Numbered from the stretch's first letter, positions 44,140 to 57,199 are shown. The stretch is 64,000 nucleotides of DNA from Octopus sinensis (GCF_006345805.1 NC_043012.1:42098001-42162000), one strand, 5' to 3'. Notes: generated by a model from the sequence alone, not told the origin. Numbers and translations are program-made.

Positions 44140-44209
44140 AGAATGATGTAGACGCCTCTGATGAGAACCAAATCAGGTTCGAAAATCGATTAAGATTGTT
44201 CATCATTCT
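44140..44209 (+). ncRNA. Type I hammerhead ribozyme with extended, bulged stem I
   Basis: CTGATGA-GAACC aaatca GGTTC-GAAA-ATCGAT-TA; distal stem I AGAATGATG/CATCATTCT. Confidence 0.7.
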
Positions 44210-44299
44210 TTCAGTCTGCGGAGAAATGGGTAAAAAGATGGATTTTTCAGGGTGATAGCCTATAACCACTTTTATTTGTGCTGTGCATGACTTCTTTGT

Positions 44300-45140
44300 T
44301 TATTTTGCTGAGAAAGCTGGACTTGGCTACGAGTAGGGACGACAAAGCCTTAAAGTCACTCATTTGCTATTTATGAATAAGTTAAAATTGTTTGGAAAGA
44401 ATCAGATGCAGGTAGACTCATTGATTAAGGCAGTACACTTGTTCAGTGAGGACATAGAATGGAATTTGGGATAAAGAAGTGTGGAGTTCTAATACTTCAA
44501 AGAGGAAAGTTGGTGAGAACTGAAAGGATTGAACTACCAGATAGAAGAGTCATGAAGTACATTGCAGAGAGTGGTTATAAGTATCTTAACATCATGGAGA
44601 CTGACAGAATAAAAGAAAATGAGAAGAAGAATTTACTTAAGAAAGAGTATATGATACGATTGTACTTGATTCTCGAATGAAAATTAAATGGAAGAAATAA
44701 AGTAACTGCCATCAATATTTGGTCTGTATCAGCACAACGATATAAAGGGGGAATACTTAAATGGACAAAATGGACCGAGAAACGAGGAAGAAAATGATAA
44801 CGTATGGTGATTTACAGCCTAAAAGTGATGTGTATAGGATATACTTACGACGAAAAAATGGAGGATGAAGTTGGACAGGCTGCAAAGACTGCATAAATTA
44901 ATGAAGAAAATAGTCTTTGATGGTATATTCGGAACAGCACGGAACCATTAATCATGAGAATTAAATTGACTGGGATCATAGAAACAGTGTCGTGCACCAA
45001 CAAAGAGGAGTTCAAGAAAAATGAAGTTGAAAAGAAGACTGCAATGTTGAAAGGCAAGGCGATGCACAGGCAATTCCTAAGAGATATGGATAAAGACCAT
45101 AATTTTGGAAAGATGGACAAGCATAAAACATGGGCCAGGA
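44300..45140 (+). mobile_element. R4-like RT C-terminal fragment, another family
   Basis: THLLFMNKLKL, MEFGIKKC..RGK, GYKYL, KLNGRNK..AIN, K.MH.QF. Confidence 0.75.
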
Positions 45141-45799
45141 TAAACAACGGTTCTACAAAGTCATTTACACGTAGAAATATGTCAGCGATACGTTATAAAA
45201 TGGATTGAAAAATTATTAGTTAACAGATAGTTGAAAGACGTTTCTCTATTTTATTAGGAAAATAATAATGATGCAATAATAGATCGTCTTATCCACAGAG
45301 ACCAGCGAAAATTAAAACGATGGCCTGCAAATTTATTCTTAATTCGTTCCAACAGACTCGAACGTGAATATGCGAATCGCTGATGTATTTCTTCACAGGC
45401 GAAAAGAAAACGGGAAAACACCTCCTTTACAACAAATGAGTGTTCATAATACACTCGATTCATTAGTGCAAGAGAATCTGGGATAACCGGTGTTTCGACA
45501 TTGTTCTGTCCCGTCAGCTTCTGTCACGTTACCCAGAGACATCAGGGAGTGGTTCCCGAAGCAGGCAGTACGGTGTGTTCTTGAGAAAAACAATCCATTT
45601 CACGTTGCTCAGCGATCACTTCGACATTTTATGTCTGGTCAGCCGTGCACCTCTACAGGTAATGCTGATTAGATTACGAGAGTCACTGAATTTACAGCAG
45701 AAACTTTTGATCACTCGAAACAAATCATCTGTGCAAGTTTACTCAGCGAGAAACTGCGAAAACGTCATTCTCGGACTCAAGAAGCTACCAACATGTGTG

Positions 45800-45841
<42 letters not shown>

Positions 45842-45854
45842 AAGTGCATGCATG

Positions 45855-46213
45855 TACGGTTAAGGAGCTTACTTCCCAACTACATAGTTCCGGGTTCAGT
45901 CCCACTGCGTGGCATTTTGGTCAAGTATCCTCTACTATAGACCCTGGCCGACCAAAGCCTTGTGAGTGAATTTGGATAATGGAAACTGTGCAAAAGCCTT
46001 CATATATTTGTGTGTTTGTATGTCTTAGCGTTTGTGTGTACCTCCCCACCGCTTGACAAGCGGTCTTGATTTGTTTAGCGTCTCGGCAAAAGAGATCCGA
46101 TAGAATTCGTACCAGACATTAAAAAAATATGTACGACGGTCGATTTGTTCAACTAAACTTTCAAGGCAGTGTCCCAGCATGGTTGCAATTTAATCCTTGA
46201 AGCAGGTAAAAAA
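45855..46213 (+). mobile_element. SINE family 1, long form
   Basis: Head and core homology plus tail GCAGTGTCCCAGCATGG. Confidence 0.75.
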
Positions 46214-46227
46214 GATTGATAGAGATA

Positions 46228-47426
46228 AGTTTCTTTATTGGCCACACAGGGCTGCACACAGATGGGACAAGTTACAAGGTAGAGCTTTTCTTTTGGGGGA
46301 TGAAAAAAACAAAAAAAAACAAAAAACAAAAGAAACAAAAAAAAGGTGGCGTAGGTTTTCGATCAAAAGGGATCGTAAAAGGGAAAAAAAAGAACAAAAA
46401 ATAAAATTAAAAAAAAGAAGAAAAAGAAAAAAAGGAAAAGGAACAAAAGAAAAGAGAAATGAAAAAAAGAAGAAAAAAGGGGAAGAGGAAAAAAACGATC
46501 AATAGGGATCGTGTATCACAGTGTTATGATGTATGGTGTAAAGGGGAAAGCAAGTAAGGTTTATCCGTGGGAAGAAAAGCCTACGAAAAAGACCACGGTA
46601 ACCTTGATCAATATTGTTATATGTTACCACATTTGTTTGCAAGTGGGTAACCCTCTGTTTTCAATTTCTGGGTTCATTATGCTCAAGGTGGCTTCGTCAT
46701 TCATACGTGCCATCCTTGCTACATTCACCCATCTTTTTTTAAAACATTCGCTAGACAAAACTTGCCTCTCTACTCTCACTTTCCTTTTCAAGTGGTCAGA
46801 GAGGAAAATCTTTGTCTCCAAACCTTTCAGACGCGTCCACCAGATACATTCTTTCGCCATAGCCACAAGGATGATGAAAATAGCTCTTCCTTCCCGTTTG
46901 AAGGAAGGAGGCGTGACGATATTGACGATAGACTCAGCTGATAAACCGACTCGTCCCACACGTGACAGCAGTTGTTCGACATAAGCCCAAAGGACGGAAA
47001 TTGTTGGACACTGCACGAGTGCGTGCAGAACGGCTTCGTCGCTCTGACCGCATCTCGGGCAGGTCGGCCCCGTGTTTCTCGAGCCGTGTCTGTAGAGCTT
47101 ATCCCGAACGGGTAGCGCTTCTCGGTAGCACTGCCAGGCCAGGGATTTCTGGAAGTTGTCCATGGGCCCTGGCCCGAAAGTCGTCCCGAACAGGCGGGTC
47201 AGGTACTCCTCGTTGACGTCCAGGTTCGCCCCGAGCTCGTCGTTGTACCTCCCCTCCACTAATCCCCTATAGAATGCTTTGGTTGTGATGAAGTCACTCA
47301 AGGACGACCCAGGACGGCAGAGTTGCTTGAGAGCAACGCGACACTCTCGGTGCCATTCGCCCTTCCTCGGCCTCTTTTTGATCCACGACTGCAGTTCGGT
47401 CATGGAGACGAGCTGCGGGAAAGCGT
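46228..47426 (-). mobile_element. Tx1/L1-clade LINE 3' fragment in (GATA)n
   Basis: CPRCG..ALVQC CCHC finger, T-rich 3' UTR, AATAAA near the end; homologous to 53902-54905. Confidence 0.9.
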
Positions 47427-47439
47427 GATAGATAGATAA

Positions 47440-47508
<69 letters not shown>

Positions 47509-47580
47509 GAGGTAGGTAGGTAAGTAGGTAGGCAGGTTGGTAGGTATGTAGGTAGGTAGGTAGGTAGGTAGGTAGGTAGA
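47427..47580. repeat. (GATA)n followed by (GGTA)n
   Basis: Direct inspection. Confidence 0.95.
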
Positions 47581-48037
47581 GAGTAAGAGAGAGAGGGAGA
47601 GAGAGACACACACACAGACACAGACATATATATATATACATATATACATATATTTGTATATATGTACATATATACTTATAAAAACAGACATATACACACG
47701 CACTCACATTTATACTTGTGTATCCATGTCTTACTTTGCACTTTGTATTTAATAGTAAAACACGTCACTATGGTATTAGCCGAAAACCTGACTTATATGT
47801 AAAGCTGCAAATGTATTATTAGCAATATTGTAATATTTTTGGAAATATAGTATCAAAATGTTTAATTAAATGCTTACACCTATCATTAACACGTTTAGCG
47901 CACCTATAAAAAAAAGTATATCATATAAAGGCTGTCATTTTCGGCGGGGAAGTGTCTACGTGCTTATACACCGCTGTGAATTATCATTTCAGCGGGTAGC
48001 ATGCACTATTAAAAAGAAACTTAGATAAACTTAGATT

Positions 48038-48885
48038 CGTGGTCTGTTCAATAAGTATCCGGACTTAAAGTATCTGGACTGTTGCTATAGTAACTCTGCT
48101 GTGCATGCGCACTAAATTTTAACGATATGGCTCACTCCTGTTGTTTACAGCAGTACTTGGAAGGAAGGTGTGTAGTATGTGATCGTCGCATTGACCACGA
48201 CAGAGAAAACTGAGCAGAGAATCTGCATCAAGTTTTACTAAAATTTTGCTCAGAGGCCTCCGCAAAGATTTCAAAAAGTTTTCATCGTTCTCGACACAAT
48301 CAAGGAGATCTTGTGCAACTGAAACCCGAGCGTCCTTTTGGTCAGCTGAAATAGTTTTGGCAGAAACTTGGCAAACGCGCGTCTCGTACACAAATCTTCC
48401 GTGATAATGGGCTGAACTGAACCGTAACTAATCTTCAAATCCTCTGATAATTCACGGATGGTGATTCGACGATTTCCCCTCACAGTTGTATGCACATCTG
48501 CGATGTTTTTCTCAGTTCTGTTGGCTGCGGGTCTTCCAGAACGTTCGTCAATATCGACATTTTTTTCGGTCATCTTGGAAACGTCTGAACTACTCGTATA
48601 CTTGTGTGCGGCTCATAAACTCCTCTCCATATATTTTCTGCAATTTTGCGTAGGTCTCTGAGCAGGTATTACCATGACAACTTCCTCTGTCGTAGTCAAT
48701 GCGACGATCACGCTACACACCTTCCTTCCAAGCAATGTTGTAAACAGCGGAAGCGAGCTAGAACATTGAAACGTAGTGTACATGTACAGCAGAGTTGAAG
48801 GTCAACCAGCGCCAAGCGGCTTCACTCTGCGTGCTTTAGTTTCATTACTATAGCAACAGTACGGATACTTGTTGATCAGACCTTC
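48038..48885. mobile_element. Mariner derivative made of two inverted 5' ends
   Basis: Both ends read TIR, 5' UTR, transposase start inward; EQRICIKF on plus, RSGRP..RITIRELSEDL..KFLPKL on minus. Confidence 0.85.
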
Positions 48886-48959
48886 TATGTTTCAGTCAAA
48901 AATTTATCCAGGTTATGTCTGACTTACTAGCACCTCCCGATAGGATCTACTAAGTCATT

Positions 48960-49330
48960 TGTAAGTAAAGTTTTGTGGTATCGTGGGCCCATTCAAGTGG
49001 GTATTATTGTTGAATAATATGTATCCAGCACTGCATCACTTGCACAATATGAGAGATAAACCACCAGCATTGTCCATACGATCTTAATTCGGAAATTATT
49101 CAGGGCTAGGGCCAGATGTTATACGTCCGCTACACAATTCAGACTGACAACACAAATACTCTGCAATACAATTTGTTCTCCTCAAAAAACCTCACTCTCT
49201 TTAACATTATCACAAAATGAATTAAAGAAGGAAAAAGTCCTATCGCCTTCAAGCGAGATCTGGACAAATATCTTCAAGGGAAACCAGATAAGCCACCTAA
49301 ACCTGAATACCTATCAGATGTTGCTGTTTA
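48960..49330 (+). mobile_element. Degraded CR1/L2-like 3' coding fragment
   Basis: AFKRDLDKYLQGKPDKP. Confidence 0.55.
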
Positions 49331-49362
49331 AGTTAGCTGAGGGGCAATTTTTAACTGAAATA

Positions 49363-49422
49363 TGATTGATTGATTGATTCTAGTTTCAGCTTATGAGCTG
49401 TGGCCATGCTGGGGCACCGCCA
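49363..49422 (-). mobile_element. CR1/L2-like extreme 3' tail with (AATC)n
   Basis: Same tail as 29104-29147. Confidence 0.7.
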
Positions 49423-50086
49423 TTTTATATCTAAGTTTTTTTAATAATGCGTACTAGCCACTGAAATGATACCACTCACTGCGGTAGATACGGACGCAGG
49501 CACTTGGTCACCGAAAATGACAGCTATAATATAAATTATATTTTATAGGTATGCTAAACGTGTTAATGAGAGATATAAGCATTCATTTTAAAATTTTGAT
49601 ATTATTCTTCCAGAAATGTTACAATATTGCTAATAATACATTTAAAGATTTCTCAGATTGTCTTTATTCCGAAAACTTTTTCTTTCCCCACCCCACAATA
49701 CACATAGTAAAACTATGGCTTCCACAGAGACTCCATTTTCCTCTCCAGCGCAAGCTGGATGCTCAGAGTACATGGACAGGATAATATAATATTAAAGCTT
49801 GGAACATTTTTGACAGAGTTCCCACATGCGCCGACTGATTTGTAGCTGCAGCCAATGTCTGTCACAGAAACTACGTATCTAGAAGTAGCTCTCAATATCC
49901 CTCAACTGCAAATCTGGGACGGATTTTAATAATCCTCACACATTTTTCAAACGGCTAATCTGAAAAATGACGTCCATGACTGCAACTTGCAGAACAGACA
50001 AGGGTGCACACACACATGTTCTTTTATTCTTTTATATGCTTCAGCCTTGAGGTTGTTGCTATGCTGGAGCACACACACACACACAC

Positions 50087-50179
<93 letters not shown>

Positions 50180-50325
50180 CGCGTGGGTGGGTGATAAGAA
50201 GCTTGCTTCCCAACCACATGGTTTTACTTTCAGTCCCACTGTGTAGTACCTTGTGCAAGTGTCTTCTACTATCGCCACGGGCCGACCATAGCCTTGTGAG
50301 ACGGAAACTAGAAGAATCTCGTCGT
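50180..50325 (+). mobile_element. SINE family 1
   Basis: Homology to other copies. Confidence 0.75.
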
Positions 50326-50904
50326 ATATATATGTATATATATATATATATATATAATGAACTTCAGTTTTGCTTGCTTGCAATGTTACACAGCCAAAAT
50401 GATGCATAGTATGAAAATACCATGAATTAAAGTTCCTCTGAAATGTGAATACAAGCAGAATAAAGCAAGTTTCGCGTAAATCGGACAAGTGGTTCTTGAG
50501 ATATTGGGGATTTTGGGGGTATAAATACTGAAAACGGTACATAATGGGAAAATATTCCGAAAATAATTTAACCCTGAAAGAGAAGTTCTAACCGTTCGAT
50601 TAGACACATCATGATGGGCAAAATGCTTACTTGCCAACGAAAATGTACGAGTTGGTTTCTACAGTAAATGTTTCTATTTTCGCTTTTGTTAAACACAATA
50701 TTTTCATCATTTACAAATATTTTTAACTGAATGTGATTTCAAAAATGTAGGTTGTTTGTACAGTAAGTATTTATATATTAGCTTTCTTTAAACAGTTAAT
50801 ATTTCAATCTTTTTTAAAATTATTTTCCAGTGAATACCATATAAAAATTGTTTTTGGCATATTTAAAGAATATCTTAAAGTGAAAATGACATTAAAAATA
50901 CGGG

Positions 50905-51394
50905 AAATATTTCATAAAAGATCCGTTCGTAATCCTGGTGTGAAATAATTTTTTTCCATAGGTTTTTTCGAGTGCATTCTATGTATCTCACCACCAACGA
51001 TTTAACTGCTATTTCTAGCACGCCCTGCAGCTGTTTGCGATAAAAGACCCGAAATAGCTCTTACGTGGTAGCAGGGCATGCAAGAAATAGCAGCCAAATC
51101 TTTCCTTTTCTGGGGAAAGTAGCCATTTACGCGTAACTTCGATGTCCCATTCGTAGAAAGCATGAGAAATAGCCTAGAAAAGAAAAAAAACTCACGAGAC
51201 AAAACTCCGTTGGTGGGAAACTCAGAGTTTCTCGAGAAACACCGAGGTCCCCACAACTCTTCACCCTTTCTTTTTCGGAAGAAAGTGGCTCGCGGTGGAT
51301 TTGGCGGTGAGACACGTTGAATGCACTCGAAAAAAAAACCTGTGGAAAAAATTATTTCACATCGAAGTAAGAACGGGTCCTTTACGAAATATTT
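50905..51394. repeat. Fold-back element with about 93 bp imperfect inverted arms
   Basis: 50905-50997 aligns to the reverse complement of 51301-51394 at roughly 80 percent by eye. Confidence 0.7.
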
Positions 51395-51486
51395 GTCCAA
51401 GATCAGGACAAGCATGCGAATAGAAGGATCGATGAGACTGATGAAGCAAGGTCTGAGCGTTTGGTGGAACAGAGAGAGAGAGAGGC

Positions 51487-51519
<33 letters not shown>

Positions 51520-53625
51520 GCAGGAGAGATCAGGAATCGGACATTCGAAGAGCTGAGCATCTGGCGAAACAGAGGGAAAGCGACAAAAACAGGAGACGAC
51601 ATGAATCGGATGCTCATGTGAATACAAACGGAATATAACAATACACACGGAATAACAGAAGTTTCGCGTAAATCGGACCGCGGATTCCCGAGATACGCGG
51701 TTTTTTCGGGTACCTTGAGCTACTAGTGACACAATGGGCCATGGATAGTTTAGTATGTGTGTGTGTGTAAAAAAGGGACAACAAAACATCCAGACAGACG
51801 ATACAAAGAAAACAAAGACGGTCACTCGGAGTGTTCTTTCCTCAGTTGAGTTCCAGATTATCTTTGCAATTTCGGCTGGTTATACTCGAGATTGCTCCAA
51901 TCTGGCCAGCTCCAAGGAGGAACTAAGCTAAGAGCATTAGATTTCTTGAAAGAAAGCAGCGAATGTATACGAAAACAAGGACGCAAAAAAAAACGGAGAA
52001 ATGTTACACAAATACAAATGCAAATGACAGGACATAACAGATGTCTTCCGACTAAGGACGAATTAAATTAAGCTGGCGTGTGTGGAAGTGAAGCCTTACA
52101 GCAGGGACATAAGATTTGACAGCCACAGGGAGGAATATAGATGTTGCACGGATGGTAGTCGAACCAAGAAAGAAAGGTCAGGCTTGGCCGAACACCGGTC
52201 ATGTGGGAAGAGAAGAGGGAGAGCGGTAGAGGCAGAGGGATAGAAGAATTAAGGAGGGGCGAGAGAAAAATGAAAGGAACAGAGTGAAGTGAAAGAGGAG
52301 GGAAGTGAGCATGAAGAGACGCATGAAGAGACAGCAAGGAAATGTGAGAGAAGGGGAAGGAAAGCACGAAGAGTGGAATGAGCGAAGGGTGAAAGTGCTG
52401 ATAGAAAGAAGGAAAGAAGGAGCGTGTGTGTGTGTGTTTGTACACCTACCCACCCTCACTGTAGCTTGACAACCAATGTTGGTGTTTTTATGTCCCTGTA
52501 ACTTAGCAGTTCGGCAGAAGGACCCGATAGAATAAGTACTAAACTGAGAACGATTTCTTCGACTAACACTCTTTAGTCGCAGAAAATGACTGAAACAGGT
52601 AAAAGAATAAACGTATAAAAGAATACACACACACACACACCTGTGTGTGTGTGTGTGCGCGTGTGCATGCGTGTGTGCGTTTGTGTGTTTGTATGTTTGT
52701 GCATGTGTTTGTTTGTGTGTATGCGCGCACTCCAGCGTTATAATTAAAGGTGCGGTGAATGAAATTTGTGGGACAGTGGAAATTATAAGTTTTTGAGAAG
52801 GGGAGGAAGAGAGGGGGGACGTGAGGGAAGGGGGGGAGTGATGACAGAGGTGGGGCGGGAGTGTAGATTATAAATATGAAAAAACGAGGGAGGAGTGGAG
52901 GGAAACAATGAATGAATATAAACAGAGGGTGAATGTTAAAAGGAAGGGGAGGCATTGTATAGAGAAGTATTGCTGGAAGTGTCGAAGCGTAACAAAATAA
53001 TAAGTGAACGGGAGGGAAGGGTAGAGGAGAGGGGAGAATAAGAGGGGAACGAAGAGAGGGGAGGTAGGAGAGGAGAGGAGCAGGAGGGAGAGGAGGAGGA
53101 AGAAAGGAAGGTGACGGATCAAAATGAATGCAGCAGACGAGACGGGTGCACAACAGTTGATTGGTCAATTGTGCTGCTGTGTGTGTGTGTGTGTGCTTAT
53201 GTGTATATATGTGTATGTGTATGAATGTATGTTTGTGACTGTGTGTGACTAGGTGTGACAATGTGGGTTCGCGTGTTTGTCTATGTATGTATATGTGTGA
53301 GTGTTAGTATATATGGATTTGTGTGTATGTTGTATAGCCTGTGGTCAGCCTTCGTTGCACAGACATATAATCAAAGGAAACATCAGCTATCAGCAACTCC
53401 CATCATTTTTGAGAGCTATATTACATTATTTAATATGTCCTTAATTTTTAAAATAGCAGGATGGAATTTAGGGGAATTTTGGCTGCTATTTCTTGCAGAT
53501 TGAATGTCTTCATAGACGCTCCCATATAAGGCGCTAGCGAGGCAAAACATTCTCAATATGAAATTTCTCTCTCCCCTTGGTTCCATCCCCCCATCACTCT
53601 CCCTCTCTGTCTGTCTATCTGTCTA

Positions 53626-53682
<57 letters not shown>

Positions 53683-53855
53683 TATACACACACGTATAGA
53701 GATGTCTAAATATAAATATTCTTGTTTATTTGTGTGTGTGTGTGTGTGTGTATGTGTGTGTGAGTGTGAGTGTGTGTGCGTGTGTGTGTACGTGTGTGTA
53801 TGTGTGTGCGTGCGCATGCATGTGTCTATACATGCATATATGCATGTATAGATAG

Positions 53856-53886
<31 letters not shown>

Positions 53887-53901
53887 GATAGATAGATAGA
53901 T

Positions 53902-56450
53902 ATGTTTCTTTATTAGCCACACAGGGCTGCACACAGAGAGGACAAAATTACAAGGTAAAGCTTTTCTTTTGTGGGTAAAAGAAGGGGGTTTGGTTTTCGA
54001 TCAAAAGGGATCGTAAATGGAAAGAAAGAGGACAAAAAAAGGGGGGGGATAAAATAAAATTTTTAAAAAGGGGGGGAGGGAAAGTAAAAAAATTGGATCA
54101 ATAGGGAACGTTATCACAGAAATGTCAATATGAAGTGTAAAGGGGAGGACAGGTGAGGTTTACCCCTGGAAAGAAAAGCCTACGGAAAAGACCACGGTAA
54201 CCTCGGTCAATGAAGTCACATGTTATATTTCTTTTTTTTTTTTGCAATAAGCAACTCTCTGTATTAATTTTTACGGTTCATAGAATCATAGTCAAGGTGG
54301 CTTCGTCATTCATACGTGCCATCCTTGCTACATTCACCCATCTTTTTTTAAAACATTCACTAGACAAAACTTGCCTCTCTACTCTCACTTTCCTCTTCAA
54401 GTGATACTTGACCAGATTGACCAGAGAGGAAAGTGTTTGTCTCTAATCCTTTCAGGCGCGTCCACCAGATACATTCTTTCGCCATAGCCACAAGTATGAT
54501 AAAAATAGCTCTTCCTTCCCGTTTGAAGGAAGGAGGCGTGACGATATTGACGATAGACTCGGCTGATAAACCGACACGTCCCACACGTGACAGCAGTCGT
54601 TCGACATAAGCCCACAGATCGGAGATTGTTGGACACTGCACGATTGCGTGCAGAGCGGTTTCGTCGCTCTGCCCGCATCTCGGGCAGGTCGGAACCGTGT
54701 TTCTCGAGCCATGCCTATAGAGCTTATCTCGAACGGGTAGCGCTTCTCGGTAGCACTGCCAGGCCAGGGATCTCTGGAAGTTGTCCATAGGTCCCGGGAC
54801 GGCAGAGTTGCTTGAGAGCAACGCGACACTCGCGATGCCATTCGCCCTTCCTCGGCCTCTTTTTGATCCACGACTGCAGTTCGGTCATGGAGACGAGCTG
54901 CGGGAACGCGTGCCTCACAAACGGCGACCACACCTGTTCACCGTCGTCTACATAGAGCCGGAGATGTCGCAGTCTCAGCGCGTGTCTGCGCATCATCAAC
55001 AATGGCATACCCAGCCCTCCTTTTAACGGGTGTTGACAGCAAATGGATCGCCTGACCATCGGGACGCATCCTTTCCACAAGAAGCGGAAGAGAATGCGTT
55101 CTAGTTTGGTGATGGTAGGGTCGGGACAAGGTACGACGGTCAGGCGGTAGTAGATGACGGACGCGATGTACGTGTTCGCCACCTCCGCCCGACCTTTTAG
55201 GGACAGTTTCCTCTCGGCCCATTGCTGGGCGAGAGTGACCACCCTACTCGTTATCTCGTTCCAGTTCTTCTCCATTTGGAGGTCCGGACCGAACCAGACC
55301 CCGAGCAACTCAACCCATATAAGGCGCTAGCGAGGCGTCTGTCCAGCGTCCCACGACGGAGGTACTGGTGGACGGCATGGGCTTGCTTCTCCAGGTGCCG
55401 AGCCGCAAGCCCACTGACTTTTCCCGGTTGATTTTTGCTCCTGTCACCGCTTCGTAGTCTTTCAGTGTCTCGCCGACCAGCTCGATGTGCTCGTGGCTTG
55501 ACACTATGTCGGTGACGTCGTCCGCGTATGCAGACACGCTCGTCCCGCATCCCAATTCTCGCGGGATGCCCCTCAGAGTCCCCAGCTTCCGCAGTAGTGG
55601 CTCAAGAGTCGATACGTATAGAAGCGCCGAGAGGGGGCATCCCTGACGGACCGAACGTGCAATGTCGAAAGGTTTCGATAGATGTCCATTTACGCGAATT
55701 ACCGAACGGATGCCTCTGTACAAGGCAGCCATCCAGCCGCGGAAGACGGGACCGAAACCAGCCGCTCTCAGGACTGCCTCCAAGTATCGATGGTCTACCC
55801 TATCAAAGGCTTTCGATTGATCCAAGTTGATCAGGGTCCCACCCATGCCAGGTTCCTTAACTACTCTGTCTATGATGTAGCGCATCAGATGGAGGTTGTC
55901 ATGGATGCTCCGGCCCGGCACGGCGCACGTTTGTGCGTTGTCGACCAGTTTCTCGATGACAAGCGCCAACCTCTTGGCTAACACCTTTGTCAAAATTTTC
56001 AGGTCTGCATTGAGCAGAGTGATTGGTCTAAAGTTATCTATAATGTTCCCCTTGTTTGGATCTTTCTTCAGCAGCGTTACGGCTCCTCGACTCACAAAAC
56101 CGGGTATGCTCCCGTTTTGCTGCCAGTTGCAGTATACCACTGCCAAGACGTCTCCAAACAAGTCTGGCATACAATTGTAAAACTCGTAGGGCAGACCATC
56201 CAAACCCGGCGATTTGTCTCTTGAGCATTCTGCCATCGCGTCCCGCACATCCGCCGCCGTGATTGCACCTTCGCAGCACTCTGCCTCTCTTGCCGAGAGT
56301 CGTGGTAGGCTGTGCAGGTAGGCACTAAAGTCCACCCTGCGTTCACGCTCACCACTCGTCCCGTACAGTCGGGCAAAGTGCCGCTGAAATGTCTCGCACA
56401 TCTTGCTGGGCTCGAGCAATTCGCGCCCTTGTTCATCTACCAGAGACCAT
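53902..56450 (-). mobile_element. Tx1/L1-clade LINE, 5'-truncated, with (TATC)n at the 3' end
   Basis: KSPGLDGLPYEFY, NFRPITLLNADLKIL, LDQSKAFDRV, SVRQGCPLS, AYADDV; CCHC finger; AATAAA then (TATC)n. Confidence 0.93.
55310..56419 (-). pseudogene. Tx1-like reverse transcriptase domain (369 aa open frame)
   Basis: RT motifs in the ORF track; ends in an unrelated short insertion near 55310-55335. Confidence 0.88.
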
Positions 56451-56569
56451 ACAACGAATATAAAGTCATATCTTTTTAAATTAGAAAACTTGCCTGAGCG
56501 TTTGGCTCAGTTTCTGAGCTTTAGGACTTGAGAAATCGGAAGAACGATTTATAAATATTCTGCTCACTA

Positions 56570-56606
<37 letters not shown>

Positions 56607-56612
<6 letters not shown>

Positions 56613-56910
56613 GGGAGAGTTTACGAAAAAAAACAAAAGACGAAGACAGGTGGTGTACAAAACAAACAGATGTATTAGTATAACGCTCAGGAATAGAAAA
56701 AGTCTTTTACGTTTCGAGCCTACGCTCTTCTACAGAAAGGGACACAGAAAAAAACAAGGAGAGAAAAAGAATGTGTGTAGTGGCTAACGATCTATCATGG
56801 CGACTGACTCGGACAGAAGGGTCACACACGAGAGGGAAAGTAGGGGAGCTAACAAAGTAAAGATGACCCCCAATACGAAGGTGCGTGTGTGTGTAAGAGA
56901 GTATGTATGT
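56607..56910 (-). mobile_element. Solo PLE pLTR-like copy ending in (TA)n
   Basis: Homologous to 32440-32740 and 33188-33365. Confidence 0.85.
56704..56739 (-). ncRNA. Minimal hammerhead-like motif, A6U variant (copy D)
   Basis: Identical to copy C. Confidence 0.55.
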
Positions 56911-56912
56911 GC

Positions 56913-56953
<41 letters not shown>

Positions 56954-57076
56954 AAAAGGGAGAGAGAAAAAGGGAGAGAGAGATCTGCTTGTTGTTCATA
57001 CTCCTGTGTTCCGGGTTTTCTATAAATTTTTCTATAAATTTCATCTATGTATGTATATATATATATATGTATGTAT

Positions 57077-57119
<43 letters not shown>

Positions 57120-57199
57120 TTATATATATATATATATATATGCATATATACATACATATATGTACATATTTACATATATATGTATGTATATATGTATAT

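Noticed and set aside
52800-52860. G-quadruplex motif
   Set aside because: It lies in low-complexity purine-rich sequence, its loops exceed the usual lengths, and nothing suggests function.
54400-56440. GC- and CpG-rich island as a bacterial insertion or promoter CpG island
   Set aside because: It is fully explained by Tx1-like LINE coding sequence, with two other copies in the window.
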